A program made the position numbers and the translations under genes. Below, one piece after another: positions 1 to 13,186 of a stretch of 64,000 bases of DNA. Under the pieces are notes generated by a model. The model had not been told where the DNA came from, ran no database searches, and saw only the letters and a program-made list of their open reading frames with translations. This DNA is from Tubiluchus corallicola (lineage: Eukaryota > Animalia > Priapulida). Location of the stretch: positions 4,729 through 68,728 of the forward strand of contig JAQGDQ010001033.1 in the NCBI GenBank assembly GCA_030141605.1, given 5' to 3'. Every line of letters begins with the position of its first letter. Position 1 is the stretch's first letter.

Positions 1-2560
1 TTAAAAAACATGGGTATCTTTCACAGCCTGTAAATGCTGACTATTTTGCACAGTGAGAAACAGGCTTTCAATCAATAGTTAAAAAACACAGGTATCTTTC
101 ATAGCCTGTAAATGCTGACTATTTTGCACAGTGAGAAACAGACTTTCAGTCAATTGTTAAAAAACATGGGTATCTTTCACAGCCTGTAAATGCTGACTAT
201 TTTGCACAGTGAGAAACAGACTTTCAGTCAATTGTTAAAAAACACGGGTGTCTTTCATGGCCTGTAAATGCTGACTATTTTGCACAGTGAGAAACAGGCT
301 TTCAATCAATGGTTAAAAAACACGGGTATCTTTCATAGCCTGTAAATGCTGACTATTTTGCACAGTGAGAAACAGACTTTCAGTCAGCGGTTAAAAAACA
401 TGGGTATCTTTCACAGCCTGTAAACGCTGACTATTTTGCACAGTGAGAAACAGACTTTCAGTCAATGGTTAAAAAACATGGGTATCTTTCATAGCCTGTA
501 AACGCTGACTATTTTGCACAGTGAGAAACAGACTTTCAGTCAATGGTTAAAAAACATGGGTATCTTTCATAGCCTGTAAACGCTGACTATTTTGCACAGT
601 GAGAAACAGACTTTCAGTCAGCGGTTAAAAAACATGGGTATCTTTCACAGCCTGTAAACGCTGACTATTTTGCACAGTGAGAAACAGACTTTCAGTCAAT
701 GGTTAAAAAACATGGGTATCTTTCATAGCCTGTAAACGCTGACTATTTTGCACAGTGAGAAACAGACTTTCAGTCAATGGTTAAAAAACATGGGTATCTT
801 TCATAGCCTGTAAACGCTGACTATTTTGCACAGTGAGAAACAGACTTTCAGTCAATGGTTAAAAAACATGGGTATCTTTCATGGCCTGTAAACGCTGACT
901 ATTTTGCACAGTGAGAAACAGACTTTCAGTCAATTGTTAAAAAACATGGGTATCTTTCATGGCCTGTAAACGCTGACTATTTTGCACAGTGAGAAACAGA
1001 CTTTCAGTCAATTGTTAAAAAACATGGGCATCTTTCATAGCCTGTAAATGCTGACTATTTTGCACAGTGAGAAACAGACTTTCAGTCAGCGGTTAAAAAA
1101 CATGGGTATGTTTCACAGCCTGTAAACGCTGACTATTTTGCACAGTGAGAAACAGACTTTCAGTCAATGGTTAAAAAACATGGGCATCTTTCATAGCCTG
1201 TAAATGCTGACTATTTTGTACAGTGAGAAACAAGCTTTCAGTCAATGGTTAAAAAACATGGGTATCTTTCATAGCCTGTAAATGCTGACTATTTTGTACA
1301 GTGAGAAACAGACTTTCAGTCAATGGTTAAAAAACATGGGCATCTTTCATAGCCTGTAAATGCTGACTATTTTGCACAGTGAGAAACAGACTTTCAGTTA
1401 ATGGTTAAAAAACACGGGTATCTTTCACAGCCTGTAAACGCTGACTATTTTGCACAGTGAGAAACAGGCTTTCAGTCAATGGTTAAAAAACACAGGTATC
1501 TTTCATAGCCTGTAAATGCTGACTATTTTGCACAGTGAGAAACAGGCTTTCAATCAATGGTTAAAAAACATGGGCATCTTTCATAGCCTGTAAATGCTGA
1601 CTATTTTGCACAGTGAGAAACAGACTTTCAGTTAATGGTTAAAAAACATGGGCATCTTTCATAGCCTGTAAATGCTGACTATTTTGCACAGTGAGAAACA
1701 AGCTTTCAGTCAATGGTTAAAAAACATGGGTATCTTTCATAGCCTGTAAATGCTGACTATTTTGTACAGTGAGAAACAGACTTTCAATCAATGGTTAAAA
1801 AACATGGGCATCTTTCATAGCCTGTAAATGCTGACTATTTTGCACAGTGAGAAACAGACTTTCAGTTAATGGTTAAAAAACACGGGTATCTTTCACAGCC
1901 TGTAAACGCTGACTATTTTGCACAGTGAGAAACAGGCTTTCAGTCAATGGTTAAAAAACACAGGTATCTTTCATAGCCTGTAAATGCTGACTATTTTGCA
2001 CAGTGAGAAACAGACTTTCAGTTAATGGTTAAAAAACATGGGCATCTTTCATAGCCTGTAAATGCTGACTATTTTGCACAGTGAGAAACAAGCTTTCAGT
2101 CAATGGTTAAAAAACATGGGTATCTTTCATAGCCTGTAAATGCTGACTATTTTGCACAGTGAGAAACAGGCTTTCAATCAATGGTTAAAAAACATGGGTA
2201 TCTTTCATAGCCTGTAAATGCTGACTATTTTGCACAGTGAGAAACAGGCTTTCAATCAATGGTTAAAAAACACGGGTATCTTTCATAGCATGTAAATGCT
2301 GACTATTTTGCACAGTGAGAAACAGACTTTCAGTCAATGGTTAAAAAACACGGGTGTCTTTCATGGCCTGTAAATGCTGACTATTTTGCACAGTGAGAAA
2401 CAGGCTTTCAATCAATGGTTAAAAAACATGGGTATCTTTCATAAGCATGTAAACGCTGACTATTTTGCACAGTGAGAAACAGGCTTTAGTCAATGGTTAA
2501 AAAACATCGGTATCTTTCATAGCATGTAAATGCTGACAATTTTGCACAGTGAAAAACAGG
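1..2560. repeat. 78-bp minisatellite, ~33 copies in window (runs off left edge), intronic to the ATP13A3-like gene
   Basis: Unit ttaaaaaacatgggtatctttcatagcctgtaaatgctgactattttgcacagtgagaaacagactttcagtcaatgg recurs at 1, 79, 157... Confidence 0.97.
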
Positions 2561-2835
2561 CACTGCTATGAGTGAGTCGGTATGGTTATATTCCTGCAGC
2601 AATGAAAAACTTACAAAATTCAACTTGGCAATTTTTTGAACCATGGTCCAAAATTGGCTTCAGTTTGCCTATAAAGGTCATGCACAAATAAGCATAATGT
2701 GATGAAAACATTTGTAGGAATGCAGCTCAGTATTTACTGACGACTGAATCTACACAATAGTTGACAAATAGAAACATTTTTATGTATTTCTCACTGTAAT
2801 AATATTTACATAAGCCTAACTAAAAGAAGCCATAC

Positions 2836-2913
2836 CTATTAGCTTGTTCACCCGGCGTGAGACCATTGCACATGTAGAAATAAGAGCATGGTACCCCACC
2901 AGAATCTAACGTT
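2836..2913 (-). CDS. ATP13A3: P5B-type ATPase (ATP13A3-like) internal exon; gene continues beyond left edge
   Basis: Acceptor ttatttcag, donor ag|gtatgg, phase 2/2. Encodes (R)TLDSGGVPCSYFYMCNGLTPGEQAN(R), matching the GLD..C....GLT..E...R segment that precedes YG.NEI in P5B ATPases. Confidence 0.85.
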
Positions 2914-3147
2914 CTGAAATAATAAGCATAGTAATGTGAACGACGACGACGATGGTGGCGGTGATGATTATGATAACGACAATGATAGTAACTACTGAAA
3001 ATCTCGTAAACAAGATTACACTCAACAATGAATGAAATTCTACGGTGTATTTTTACTAATCTTGGCCTCTTTAACACAAATAAATATTTGGACAAGAGAA
3101 ATCAACAAGAAAGGTTATAGGAAGCACAGCATTGGCAAGCCAAAGAC

Positions 3148-4275
3148 GAAGAAACAACAATGGCTTTGCACGCCATTGTTTTCCAAGCAAGAGAAGAAAC
3201 AACAATGGCTTTGCACGCCATTGTTTTCCAAGCAAGAGAAGAAACAACAATGGCTTTGCACGCCATTGTTTTCCAAGCAAGAGAAGAAACAACAATGGCT
3301 TTGCACGCCATTATTTTCCAAGCAAGAGAAGAAACAACAATGGCTTTGCACGCCATTGTTTTCCAAGCAAGAGAAGAAACAACAATGGCTTTGCATGCCA
3401 TTATTTTCCAAGCAAGAGAAGAAACAACAATGGCTTTGCACGCCATTGTTTTCCAAGCAAGAGAAGAAACAACAATGGCTTTGCACGCCATTATTTTCCA
3501 AGCAAGAGAAGAAACAACAATGGCTTTGCACGCCATTGTTTTCCAAGCAAGAGAAGAAACAACAATGGCTTTGCACGCCATTATTTTCCAAGCAAGAGAA
3601 GAAACAACAATGGCTTTGCACGCCATTATTTTCCAAGCAAGAGAAGAAACAACAATGGCTTTGCACGCCATTGTTTTCCAAGCAAGAGAAGAAACAACAA
3701 TGGCTTTGCACGCCATTGTTTTCCAAGCAAGAGAAGAAACAACAATGGCTTTGCACGCCATTGTTTTCCAAGCAAGAGAAGAAACAACAATGGCTTTGCA
3801 CGCCATTATTTTCCAAGCAAGAGAAGAAACAACAATGGCTTTGCACGCCATTGTTTTCCACGCAAGAGAAGAAACAACAATGGCTTTGCACGCCATTGTT
3901 TTCCAAGCAAGAGAAGAAACAACAATGGTTTTGCAAGCCATTGTTTTCCAAGCAAGAGAAGAAACAACAATGGCTTTGCACGCCATTATTTTCCAAGCAA
4001 GAGAAGAAACAACAATGGCTTTGCACGCCCCATTGTTTTCCAAGCAAGAGAAGAAACAACAATGGCTTTGCACGCCATTATTTTCCAAGCAAGAGAAGAA
4101 ACAACAATGGTTTTGCAAGCCATTGTTTTCCAAGCAAGAGAAGAAACAACAATGGCTTTGCACGCCATTGTTTTCCAAGCAAGATAAGAAACAACAATGG
4201 TTTTGCAAGTCATTGTTTTCCACGCAAGAGAAGAAACAACAATGGCTTTGCACGCCATTGTTTTCCAAGCAAGAG
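3148..4275. repeat. 45-bp minisatellite, ~25 copies, each with an internal hairpin
   Basis: Unit gaaacaacaatggctttgcacgccattgttttccaagcaagagaa; 15-aa periodicity in the ORF track; aacaatggc/gccattgtt inverted pair. Confidence 0.97.
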
Positions 4276-4670
4276 TTTCACCAAACGGAATCTGACACTA
4301 AACTGTAGCCAATCATCTTGGTGGAGCTCTTTTTAAAAGAGTTTTGTCACACCTTGTAAAGTGTTCATCTTCTCTTTCCAAAGAACATTAGCTCTCTCTC
4401 ACACACAAGAGAAGCACTACAGGATTTTTGTACATAGGACTCAGGAAAGATTTAAAAAAAATCGGATAGATAAGTTTGAAGATAAATGAGCGAAGCTGTC
4501 TACGAATTCTAGACAAACCTGCTACATACACTGTCAAACTTAGTACCAAACCATTACCAGAATTATAATGTTCGTTAATAATAAAGATATAACCATTTGA
4601 ATCATCACAACATCAGACTAAAGTGTAGCAACTCTTCAACGATCACACTACTTCAGAATGACGTAACCAC

Positions 4671-4765
4671 CTGAGTAACTGAAAACTTTGCGACTCCGGC
4701 TCCCAGATGTAGCGGACTTTCTTGTTTTGAAAATACCGCATTTTTGGCACTGGCAAGAAATTTCC
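4671..4765 (-). CDS. ATP13A3: P5B-type ATPase internal exon
   Basis: Acceptor tttgtgcag, donor ag|gtggtt, phase 0/2. Encodes GNFLPVPKMRYFQNKKVRYIWEPESQSFQLL(R), the conserved RYF....RY.W.....F motif of the P5-ATPase N-terminal domain. Confidence 0.88.
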
Positions 4766-4944
4766 CTGCACAAACAAAAAACCAACAAAAATGAACGCCA
4801 CGGTGTTCTAACACTAATAATAAAAAGCACTGGGCCTATTAAACAGCCCTATTTCTTACGTAAAGACATATTAATAATGCAAATTATATGAAATAATTAA
4901 ATTTTAATCTAAGCTAACATGCATTCAGTTGCACTTTTATTTAT

Positions 4945-5010
4945 TATTACCCAGGCCTGACGCTGCTTAACTTTCACAGCTGAGTACACACCGAGAGCAC
5001 CCACAAATAC
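4945..5010 (-). mobile_element. 5S rRNA-like fragment (possible SINE3 remnant)
   Basis: Minus strand gaaagttaagcagcgtcaggcctgggtaata resembles the 5S internal promoter region gaagctaagcagggtcgggcctggttagta; similar pieces at ~5650-5700 and ~19460-19500. Confidence 0.45.
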
Positions 5011-5278
5011 GACACTTACATTTCATAGGTGACACTGGTCTGACACAGAAATGCGAAGTAAAGTTAGTAATAAAATGAATGCTTCACACAATGAATAATT
5101 CACTACTTTGCTTTAGTACTTCAAATGCCTTAGTGCTTACAATGCTTTAGTGCGTAATTTACTTTAGTACCCACACTGCCAGAGTATATATTAATACATA
5201 TTTTTACATATATATATATTTATAGAGCTCTAGAACAAGTTCGAAACATTTTGGTACTTATTCAAGTTTAGTACTTAC

Positions 5279-5357
5279 ATTGCGGTCGGGAATGTGCAGC
5301 TTCTGAACGCCTGATGACTTTTGTATGTTTTCCATCTTTAGAGAATTTTTCTCCGAA
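5279..5357 (-). CDS. ATP13A3: P5B-type ATPase internal exon (poorly conserved linker)
   Basis: Acceptor atatttcag, donor aat|gtaagt. The 79-nt phase 2/0 length exactly bridges the flanking exons; open frame SEKNSLKMENIQKSSGVQKLHIPDRN. Confidence 0.75.
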
Positions 5358-6058
5358 CTGAAATATTAGTATAAGTATTAATCTTGCAACATTGCATGGT
5401 TACACGAATATATATATATACAAGAACAAATGGGAAAATGCTGGGCAAAAAGAAAAAAGAAAATATTGGAAGTTTAAAAATGACCAACCCAAGCACACTA
5501 CTGACTATAATTCTTTCAAGATGAGACACTGAACCAACAGAGGTGTTATCTCAAACACATTTAGATGGTGAGTAAACAGTCCTTCAAGGCGGCAAACAGT
5601 CAAAATGAGACTGTTGTATGAAATCACCAATGGAAAGTGTTTAACTGTGTGGTTACCAATCCATTAACTGACCAGGTTTAACACTGCTCAGCTATTGAGA
5701 AATGTTGTTTTCCTTTGGTGAATGTCTACGAAACTCAACTGTAAGGCAACGTAAAGTTTATTTCAAATAAGGCGTAATGCAGCAATTTTCTCAATTTCAA
5801 AAAAAATTTCTCAAGTCACAGGAAAATGTAAAATCAACAGGTACTACCCAAAAAGACGGTAAAACCAAGTGCAAACAGCTACACATCATCCATATCAGCA
5901 TGTACATAAAATCACGATTAAAAATTGTGATCGAAGCGGACTAGACTGCGGTTAAAAGAGCTTGCACCAGGTATTATGCCTTAGGGGATGTATTCAATCT
6001 TAACACGCCTAGCATTAGCAGCCGACGCGTTTAACTTTAAAAACTTGTTGCAACTTAC

Positions 6059-6129
6059 GAAGCTGTATCTGTTGTCTGCTGAGCTGTAATTGTTAAGACT
6101 GGATGTACCCACCACTTCATGTGTTGGTC
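6059..6129 (-). CDS. ATP13A3: P5B-type ATPase internal exon
   Basis: Acceptor ttttgcag, donor tc|gtaagt, phase 0/2. Encodes DQHMKWWVHPVLTITAQQTTDTA, following ...VLLR as expected in P5B ATPases. Confidence 0.85.
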
Positions 6130-6706
6130 CTGCAAAATAGAAAAAAAAGTAAATATATCATTAACAAGAAGGGGACATGATTGCACCATGTTTTTATCAC
6201 ATTTTTTTCCCAAAGCCAGATTAATTCCATATTAGCAAAGGCTCTGCAAGAAAATTTGCGTATAAAAACACGTATAATCAAAAATACGCAAACATGCTAC
6301 ATAGTCCTCATTTATAACGCAAAACCCGTAGCAGCAGCTTTTACTGAATTAATTACATAATAATTACATCTTAATTACATTAATCCATTACATAATAATG
6401 GATGACGTCAGAACAATGGCTTTGCGTCAGCAGTTTTCTAAGCGAAAATTGCCACAAATAGAGCATCTAATTAACTCGTCAGTACTCCTTTTGGTGGACG
6501 TGTCCTAAAATATAGCCCAAATCATCGTGTAGCCCTGTTCTTCCTCTTTCTAAAGAGCCATATATCTCCTTTCGAGAGTCCCACCAGGCGCCACCAGAAC
6601 GTTTTTTCTGCAGGCTGTTCGGTCAAAATTTCGAAAAAATCGCGACCTTTCGTTTGATGTATAGATCGCCGCAAATGGTGCCGTCGTCGGAGCTGTAGCC
6701 TCGAAT

Positions 6707-6708
<2 letters not shown>

Positions 6709-6770
<62 letters not shown>
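6709..6770. repeat. (TA)n microsatellite
   Basis: Pure TA run. Confidence 0.95.
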
Positions 6771-6772
<2 letters not shown>

Positions 6773-7063
6773 AGTAGAATTAATATGTACGATGAACATC
6801 TACAAATGAGCGGAAGGGATTGTTGGTCGGGTTTGTCTTGAAACACTTATCTGAAATGCGTAGTGGATTTCTAAATTAACCAATTGAAAAAAAGGAAAAG
6901 GCAGCAGCAGGCGGCAAAATTCCGATATTGAAGAAAGTGGCAAATTGTTTCACCCTAGAAAATCGCAACACTCGATTAACTCTTTATGGCAAGTACTTAC
7001 TGCAGAACAAATGACGATATGCATACTGAATATAGAATGAAAATTACTTATAATTTAAAGCAT

Positions 7064-7065
<2 letters not shown>

Positions 7066-7116
<51 letters not shown>

Positions 7117-7122
7117 AATAAT
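7066..7122. repeat. (AAT)n microsatellite
   Basis: Near-pure AAT run. Confidence 0.95.
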
Positions 7123-7224
7123 CTTTATTTAAAGTCGGCTTTTGGGTCAACAATTAACATTAGCTCAAAGAGCTATGCTACTATCACCCTGTAAATAACA
7201 ACCTACAACTACATAACAGAGACT

Positions 7225-7365
7225 ATTATTACCCCACTTTTATCCTAAATATCACGCGTCAGGCAGGGCAACAGCAAGTCTTTGGTATGACCCGGCCGCT
7301 GGTTCAAACTCACGACCTCCCAGACGGAAAACAGACGCATTGCCACTAGACTAAACCGTCTGGTC
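7225..7365 (-). mobile_element. tRNA-derived SINE with Nin/Deu-like core
   Basis: Minus strand has an A-box-like tagtctagtgg and B-box-like gagtttgaacc, then gggtcataccaaagac...tgctgttgccctgc, recalled as a Nin-domain SINE motif. Confidence 0.6.
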
Positions 7366-7540
7366 TATTTGTATGAGAAATGCATAAAACCATGAAGTGG
7401 TAGCCCTTATTTTGCCTCAGATATTATTTTGGTCTGCAAGAAATGCCAAAGGTGGCAAAGTAAGGTGAAATGGTCTAATATTATGGCTCTAGGTTACAAA
7501 AAGGCATCTGCTTTCTGTTTCTCTGCGCATAGTAAAGTTA

Positions 7541-8152
7541 TGAAAGGAAGATGGGATGATTTTTCACATGCTGCCCCATTTTCAAGTCTGATAAAGTATA
7601 CATTTTAACACAATTAATACTGCAAAAACGTTTCTGATAATTAAAGAATAAATTAAAATCTTAATTGACGGCGGGCGAGCCCAACTAGTGATGACATCAC
7701 AAACTAACTTAATTTTCAACAGCAAAAATATTCCACGAGCGCGTTGCACGTGTTTGCGAAAGAGAAAGTTGAAGTACAGTGTTACTGTAAGATATTCAGT
7801 ATGTTGTGCTAAAACTAGGTAAGTTTTAAGATAAAAATTGCCGCTGTACTCACGCATGAGCTGTCGAACGTGTGCAGTTCGTCAGAAACTAATACATCTG
7901 AACTGAGAGGTACAGCACCTGTTATTTGTGCAATGCGTTTCAGAAATGCAGACGCTAGTACCCGTCTGACTAGCGATTGGCGAAATTCATGTAACAGCGA
8001 AGAACTAGTGGCACGAAAGTGAAATCGTGTTTGTGTGGCAATAATTATTTCACGCAAGTCATTTTTGAAGAAAATTGCATGTTTCCTTTCAATATTTTAA
8101 AGAGTAGATTGTTTTGACCGTCAGTTTAAGATTGAGTCCAGTTTTGCTTTAA
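7541..8152 (+). mobile_element. Non-autonomous TTAA-AG-terminated DNA element, family A copy 1 (Kolobok/T2-MITE-like)
   Basis: Collinear homolog at 31348-31975 and a partial copy at 49463-49635; starts (t)gaaaggaaga, ends cagttttgctttaa. Confidence 0.75.
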
Positions 8153-8785
8153 AATGTTTGCCAGTTGCACATAAAAGTGTGACAGCCCTGAGTAATGAGC
8201 TGCTCTTGTGTTCCCAAATTTGTATTGACATCCTGTAGGATAGTTCCGGACACCAAGAGGACCCCCCGCTCACTGATGAGTTCAAAGATTCAGCTTACAG
8301 ACCTAGCTTCCAGAATTAGCTTCCAGAACTACACGTTACATTGTCATTTTTCATTGAGTTTACTCCTAGACAAGGTCTGTAAATTTCTTTATCTCTCTCA
8401 GGTGACGTTATTATCATGCATACCTTATAAATTATTCTCTAGTGATGCCAGAAACACTGATTGCTATTTCTCAAATGCAATAGATTTTATGAAATTCAAA
8501 AATCAAATTAAAAATTCACGGTATAAATATTTGCACGTCTTTTCTGCTACATTATCTTGATAGAAGTAGACTCGCCATGAAAGCTACATTTTATTTTGAA
8601 ATTAACAAAATTAAATGACTACGACTGACAGGACAAAGAAAGACTCAGACTCAAGCAGTCAAATCCGAATCCACTTCCTCATTGCTTGAGTCGAGCCTGC
8701 GGAGAGGCGGAAGTGGACTCGGATTCGACACATTCCTGTGATCAAAAACCAAGTCACGTGAACAAAAAAGAAGAATCCACAATAC

Positions 8786-8953
8786 CCTGAGCAGGACGGA
8801 ATCCGCCTCCTCCATTTCGCACTCCACGTGCGTTGCTTTGAGGTAGAGGTGGGGCAGCCAGTAGAAGAACAGGCGGAGAAATCCGACGGTCAAAACAATG
8901 CCAATCCATGTGATTATTGTTCGTAAACGGTGACGTTTATAGCCATAAATTTC
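8786..8953 (-). CDS. ATP13A3: P5B-type ATPase exon, P5-ATPase N-terminal domain
   Basis: Acceptor tttattttag, donor agg|gtattg, 168 nt phase 0/0. Encodes EIYGYKRHRLRTIITWIGIVLTVGFLRLFFYWLPHLYLKATHVECEMEEADSVLLR, diagnostic of the ATP13A2-5 N-terminus. Confidence 0.92.
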
Positions 8954-9444
8954 CTAAAATAAACAGGAATGTATCAAAAAATGTTTTGTTTAATTTATAT
9001 ATACATACGTATTAAAGTTTATATAGCCATAAGCTTCATTATATAGATAACATATATAAAACACACACATATCAACAAAAATTCTCAGGCTATGAACTAT
9101 TTGTCTTTTATGTTCAAAAATTAAGGAAATTCAGTAAAAGGAATCTCGTCTTCCTACGGGATTACGCAGAGTCCTTCAAACGACAAAAAACCCGAGAAGG
9201 AATGAGTTGCTGATGAACGTATATATTGGGAAAGACTTGGGAAATGCAACTCTGGATTCGTGGGATGATGCAACGTGGGCAGTAGCGGCAGATAGTAGCG
9301 TCTGGCGTCAACAGGTGGAGCGTGACACGTTTTAGAACGTATAAACACGCAAACAACGATAGCTGAACAACTAAATTCTCTCAAGCTGTACATTCCAGAA
9401 GTGAGTGTGAACCACCAGTGTACACTCGGCATAAAAAATCTCAT

Positions 9445-9520
9445 CCTCTTGGGATTTGAACCCACGACTTTACCATTAAAGCAATTACAACAGCACAATA
9501 ACCAGCTGTGCCACAGGTAT
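9445..9520 (-). mobile_element. Degenerate tRNA-derived SINE head
   Basis: gggatttgaacccacgac is a reverse B-box; the reverse of taaccagctgtgcca is A-box-like tggcacagctggtta. Confidence 0.4.
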
Positions 9521-10782
9521 CAGCTAATTAAGCACGAGCAATCAAGGATGAGAATGACAAATTGCAAAAACTCTGAAACAGGCCGGGGGTTTTGGGGCCA
9601 CCTAGGCCCCCAATGGGGTTGAAATTGCAATTTTGTGACCATAGAGAGCCTCTAAGTGGACTTAAAATATCAATTACTTTGTTTCATGCATAATTTAAAA
9701 TACCCAACTATCAAGGATACATGATACCTAATTGTCTCAAAAACGCCTAAGTAGTGGACACTCCTATGCAAAAGTATATAAAAACTGTCTGCAATTGACT
9801 CAAATAACTCTGCACAATTGATTCTATATTTTTATACATAGGGATATACACGTGGTCACACTGATGTACCTGATATAAACAAAGTGACGGCCTGCCAACT
9901 AGCGGTCAGCTTGTGAAATAATGTACTGGGTCTGTAAAAATTTTCTCAACGAATTTACACTATTTACAAAAAAAGGCACTACTGATCTTCCAAAAACTCG
10001 GAATTCCGAGCATCCGCGGAAAATTCTCATCCCTGTAGCAATGTTACCTGTTTTGAGTCCTAAAGAAATTGCATTATCAATATTCTTCAACGTTTAAAAA
10101 AATACAGGCATACCAAATCACTTGCGGTGCCAATAAATAGTTTCAAATCATCTCATTTGCTATCATAAACCATTTGGCAAACATACAGTAAAATAAGCAG
10201 TGTATGAAAATCTCACGATGAAAGAAAGAATTAAACTTTAGAAATTCATTCAACTATTAATCCGCCTTGTGTTCAGTTATTTGAAAACCTAGAACAGTGC
10301 ACATTAAAATTCAAATAATAATAATAATAATAATCTTTTTATTTATCTTGTAACACACGCACAGTTATAATACAATTAATTTGGAAACAAAAGTGTGAAG
10401 AAAGGGCGGCGAAAGACCAATTGGTCATTTAGTCAGCTGCCCTTTGGTTAGGGATGAACATTTTTATAGGCGCTATGCTACAGTGTATTACTGTTAGTAC
10501 TGCTTATAATAAAAATTTAATTGTTACGAATGACATTAAATTGATATGCTTATAACGTGTTAGTACAATTCATACACAGTAATAATAAGTGCATAATAAA
10601 AAAAATCAATCTGAAAATAACTGAAATAAAACTGAACTAACAAACAATAACAAACAAAGTAACACGTTTCAGACAAAAACAGAAACACAAAACCAAGAAA
10701 AGAACGTTACATAAAATTGATCATGGTCATACTCCACAATTGCACAACAAGGTCTGTTCATTTTCACTAAACAATTCCTCAC

Positions 10783-11412
10783 NNNNNNNNNNNNNNNNNN
10801 NNNNNNNNNNNNNNNNNNNNNNNNNNNNNNNNNNNNNNNNNNNNNNNNNNNNNNNNNNNNNNNNNNNNNNNNNNNNNNNNNNNNNNNNNNNNNNNNNNNN
10901 NNNNNNNNNNNNNNNNNNNNNNNNNNNNNNNNNNNNNNNNNNNNNNNNNNNNNNNNNNNNNNNNNNNNNNNNNNNNNNNNNNNNNNNNNNNNNNNNNNNN
11001 NNNNNNNNNNNNNNNNNNNNNNNNNNNNNNNNNNNNNNNNNNNNNNNNNNNNNNNNNNNNNNNNNNNNNNNNNNNNNNNNNNNNNNNNNNNNNNNNNNNN
11101 NNNNNNNNNNNNNNNNNNNNNNNNNNNNNNNNNNNNNNNNNNNNNNNNNNNNNNNNNNNNNNNNNNNNNNNNNNNNNNNNNNNNNNNNNNNNNNNNNNNN
11201 NNNNNNNNNNNNNNNNNNNNNNNNNNNNNNNNNNNNNNNNNNNNNNNNNNNNNNNNNNNNNNNNNNNNNNNNNNNNNNNNNNNNNNNNNNNNNNNNNNNN
11301 NNNNNNNNNNNNNNNNNNNNNNNNNNNNNNNNNNNNNNNNNNNNNNNNNNNNNNNNNNNNNNNNNNNNNNNNNNNNNNNNNNNNNNNNNNNNNNNNNNNN
11401 NNNNNNNNNNNN
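10783..11412. other. Assembly gap (630 N)
   Basis: Run of N abutting the 55-bp array. Confidence 1.
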
Positions 11413-13186
11413 CTACATGTGGAACATGGACATATACGTACTGTAGTAGATAAAGGACTAAGTAACACTACATGTGGAACATGGACATATACGTACTGTA
11501 GTAGATAAAGGACTAAATAACACTACATGTGGAACATGGACATATACGTACTGTAGTAGATAAAGGACTAAGCGGCACTACATGTGGAACATGGACATAT
11601 ACGTACTGTAGTAGATAAAGGACTAAGTAACACTACGTGTGGAACATGGACATATACGTACTGTAGTAGATAAAGGACTAAATAACACTACATGTGGAAC
11701 ATGGACATATACGTACTGTAGTAGATAAAGGACTAAGTAACACTACATGTGGAACATGGACATATACGTACTGTAGTAGATAAAGGACTAAATAACACTA
11801 CATGTGGAACATGGACATATACGTACTGTAGTAGATAAAGGACTAAATAACACTACATGTGGAAAATGGACATATACGTACTGTAGTAGATAAATGACTA
11901 AATAACACTACATGTGGAACATGGGCATATACGCACTGTAGTAGATAAAGGACTAAATAACACTACGTGTGGAACATGGACATATACGTACTGTAGTACA
12001 TAAAGAACTAAGTAACACTACATGTGAAAAATGGACATATACGTACTGTAGTAGATAAAGGACTAAATAACACTACATGTGGAACATGGACATATACGTA
12101 CTGTAGTACATAAAGAACTAAGTAACACTACATGTGGAAAATGGGCATATACGTACTGTAGTAGATAAAGGACTAAGTAACACTACATGTGGAACATGGA
12201 CATATACATACTGTAGTACATAAAGAACTAAGTAACACTACATGTGGAACATGGGCATATACGTACTGTAGTAGATAAAGGACTAAGTAACACTACATGT
12301 GGAACATGGACACATACATACTGTAGTACATAAAGAACTAAGTAACACTACATGTGGAACATGGGCATATACGTACTGTAGTAGATAAAGGACTAAGTAA
12401 CACTACAAGTGGAACATGGACATATACGTACTATAGTACATAAAGAACTAAGTAACACTACATGTGGAACATGGGCATATACATACTGTAGTAGATAAAG
12501 GACTAAGTAACACTACAAGTGGAACATGGACATATACGTACTATAGTACATAAAGAACTAAGTAACACTACATGTGGAACATGGGCATATATGTACTGTA
12601 GTAGATAAAGGACTAAGTAACACTACATGTGGAACATGGACATATACGTACTATAGTACATAAAGAACTAAGTAACACTACATGTGGAACATGGGCATAT
12701 ACATACTGTAGTAGATAAAGGACTAAGTAACACTACAAGTGGAACATGGACATATATGTACTGTAGTAGATAAAGGACTAAGTAACACTACATGTGGAAC
12801 ATGGACATATACGTACTGTAGTAGATAAAGGACTAAGTAACACTACATGTGGAACATGGACATATATGTAGTGTAGTAGATAAAGGACTAAGTAACACTA
12901 CATGTGGAACATGGACATATACGTACTATAGTAGATAAAGAACTAAGTAACACTACATGTGGAACATGGACATATACATACTGTAGTAGATAAAGGACTA
13001 AGTAACACTACAAGTGGAACATGGACATATACGTACTGTAGTAGATAAAGGACAAAGTAACACTACATGTGGAACATGGACATATACATACTGTAGTAGA
13101 TAAAGGACTAAGTAACACTACAAGTGGAACATGGACATATATGTAGTGTAGTGGATAAATGACTAAGTAACACTACATGTGGAACA
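11413..13186. repeat. 55-bp minisatellite, ~32 copies, partly dimeric (110 bp)
   Basis: Unit ctacatgtggaacatggacatatacgtactgtagtagataaaggactaagtaaca at 11413, 11468, 11523... Confidence 0.97.

Noticed and set aside
3032-4336. 434-aa ORF with a signal-peptide-like start and 15-aa Cys/Trp repeats (and overlapping ORFs in other frames)
   Set aside because: The stop-free 45-bp unit is open in nearly all frames, a frameshift occurs at ~4030, and it lies antisense within an ATPase intron; best explained as a repeat artefact.
5020-5039. Possible 20-nt micro-exon (cag|accagtgtcacctatgaaat|gtaagt) in the ATPase gene
   Set aside because: It would frameshift between two phase-0 boundaries; no support without RNA data (a poison exon cannot be excluded).
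10740-11468. ORFs spanning poly-X
   Set aside because: Produced by the N gap.
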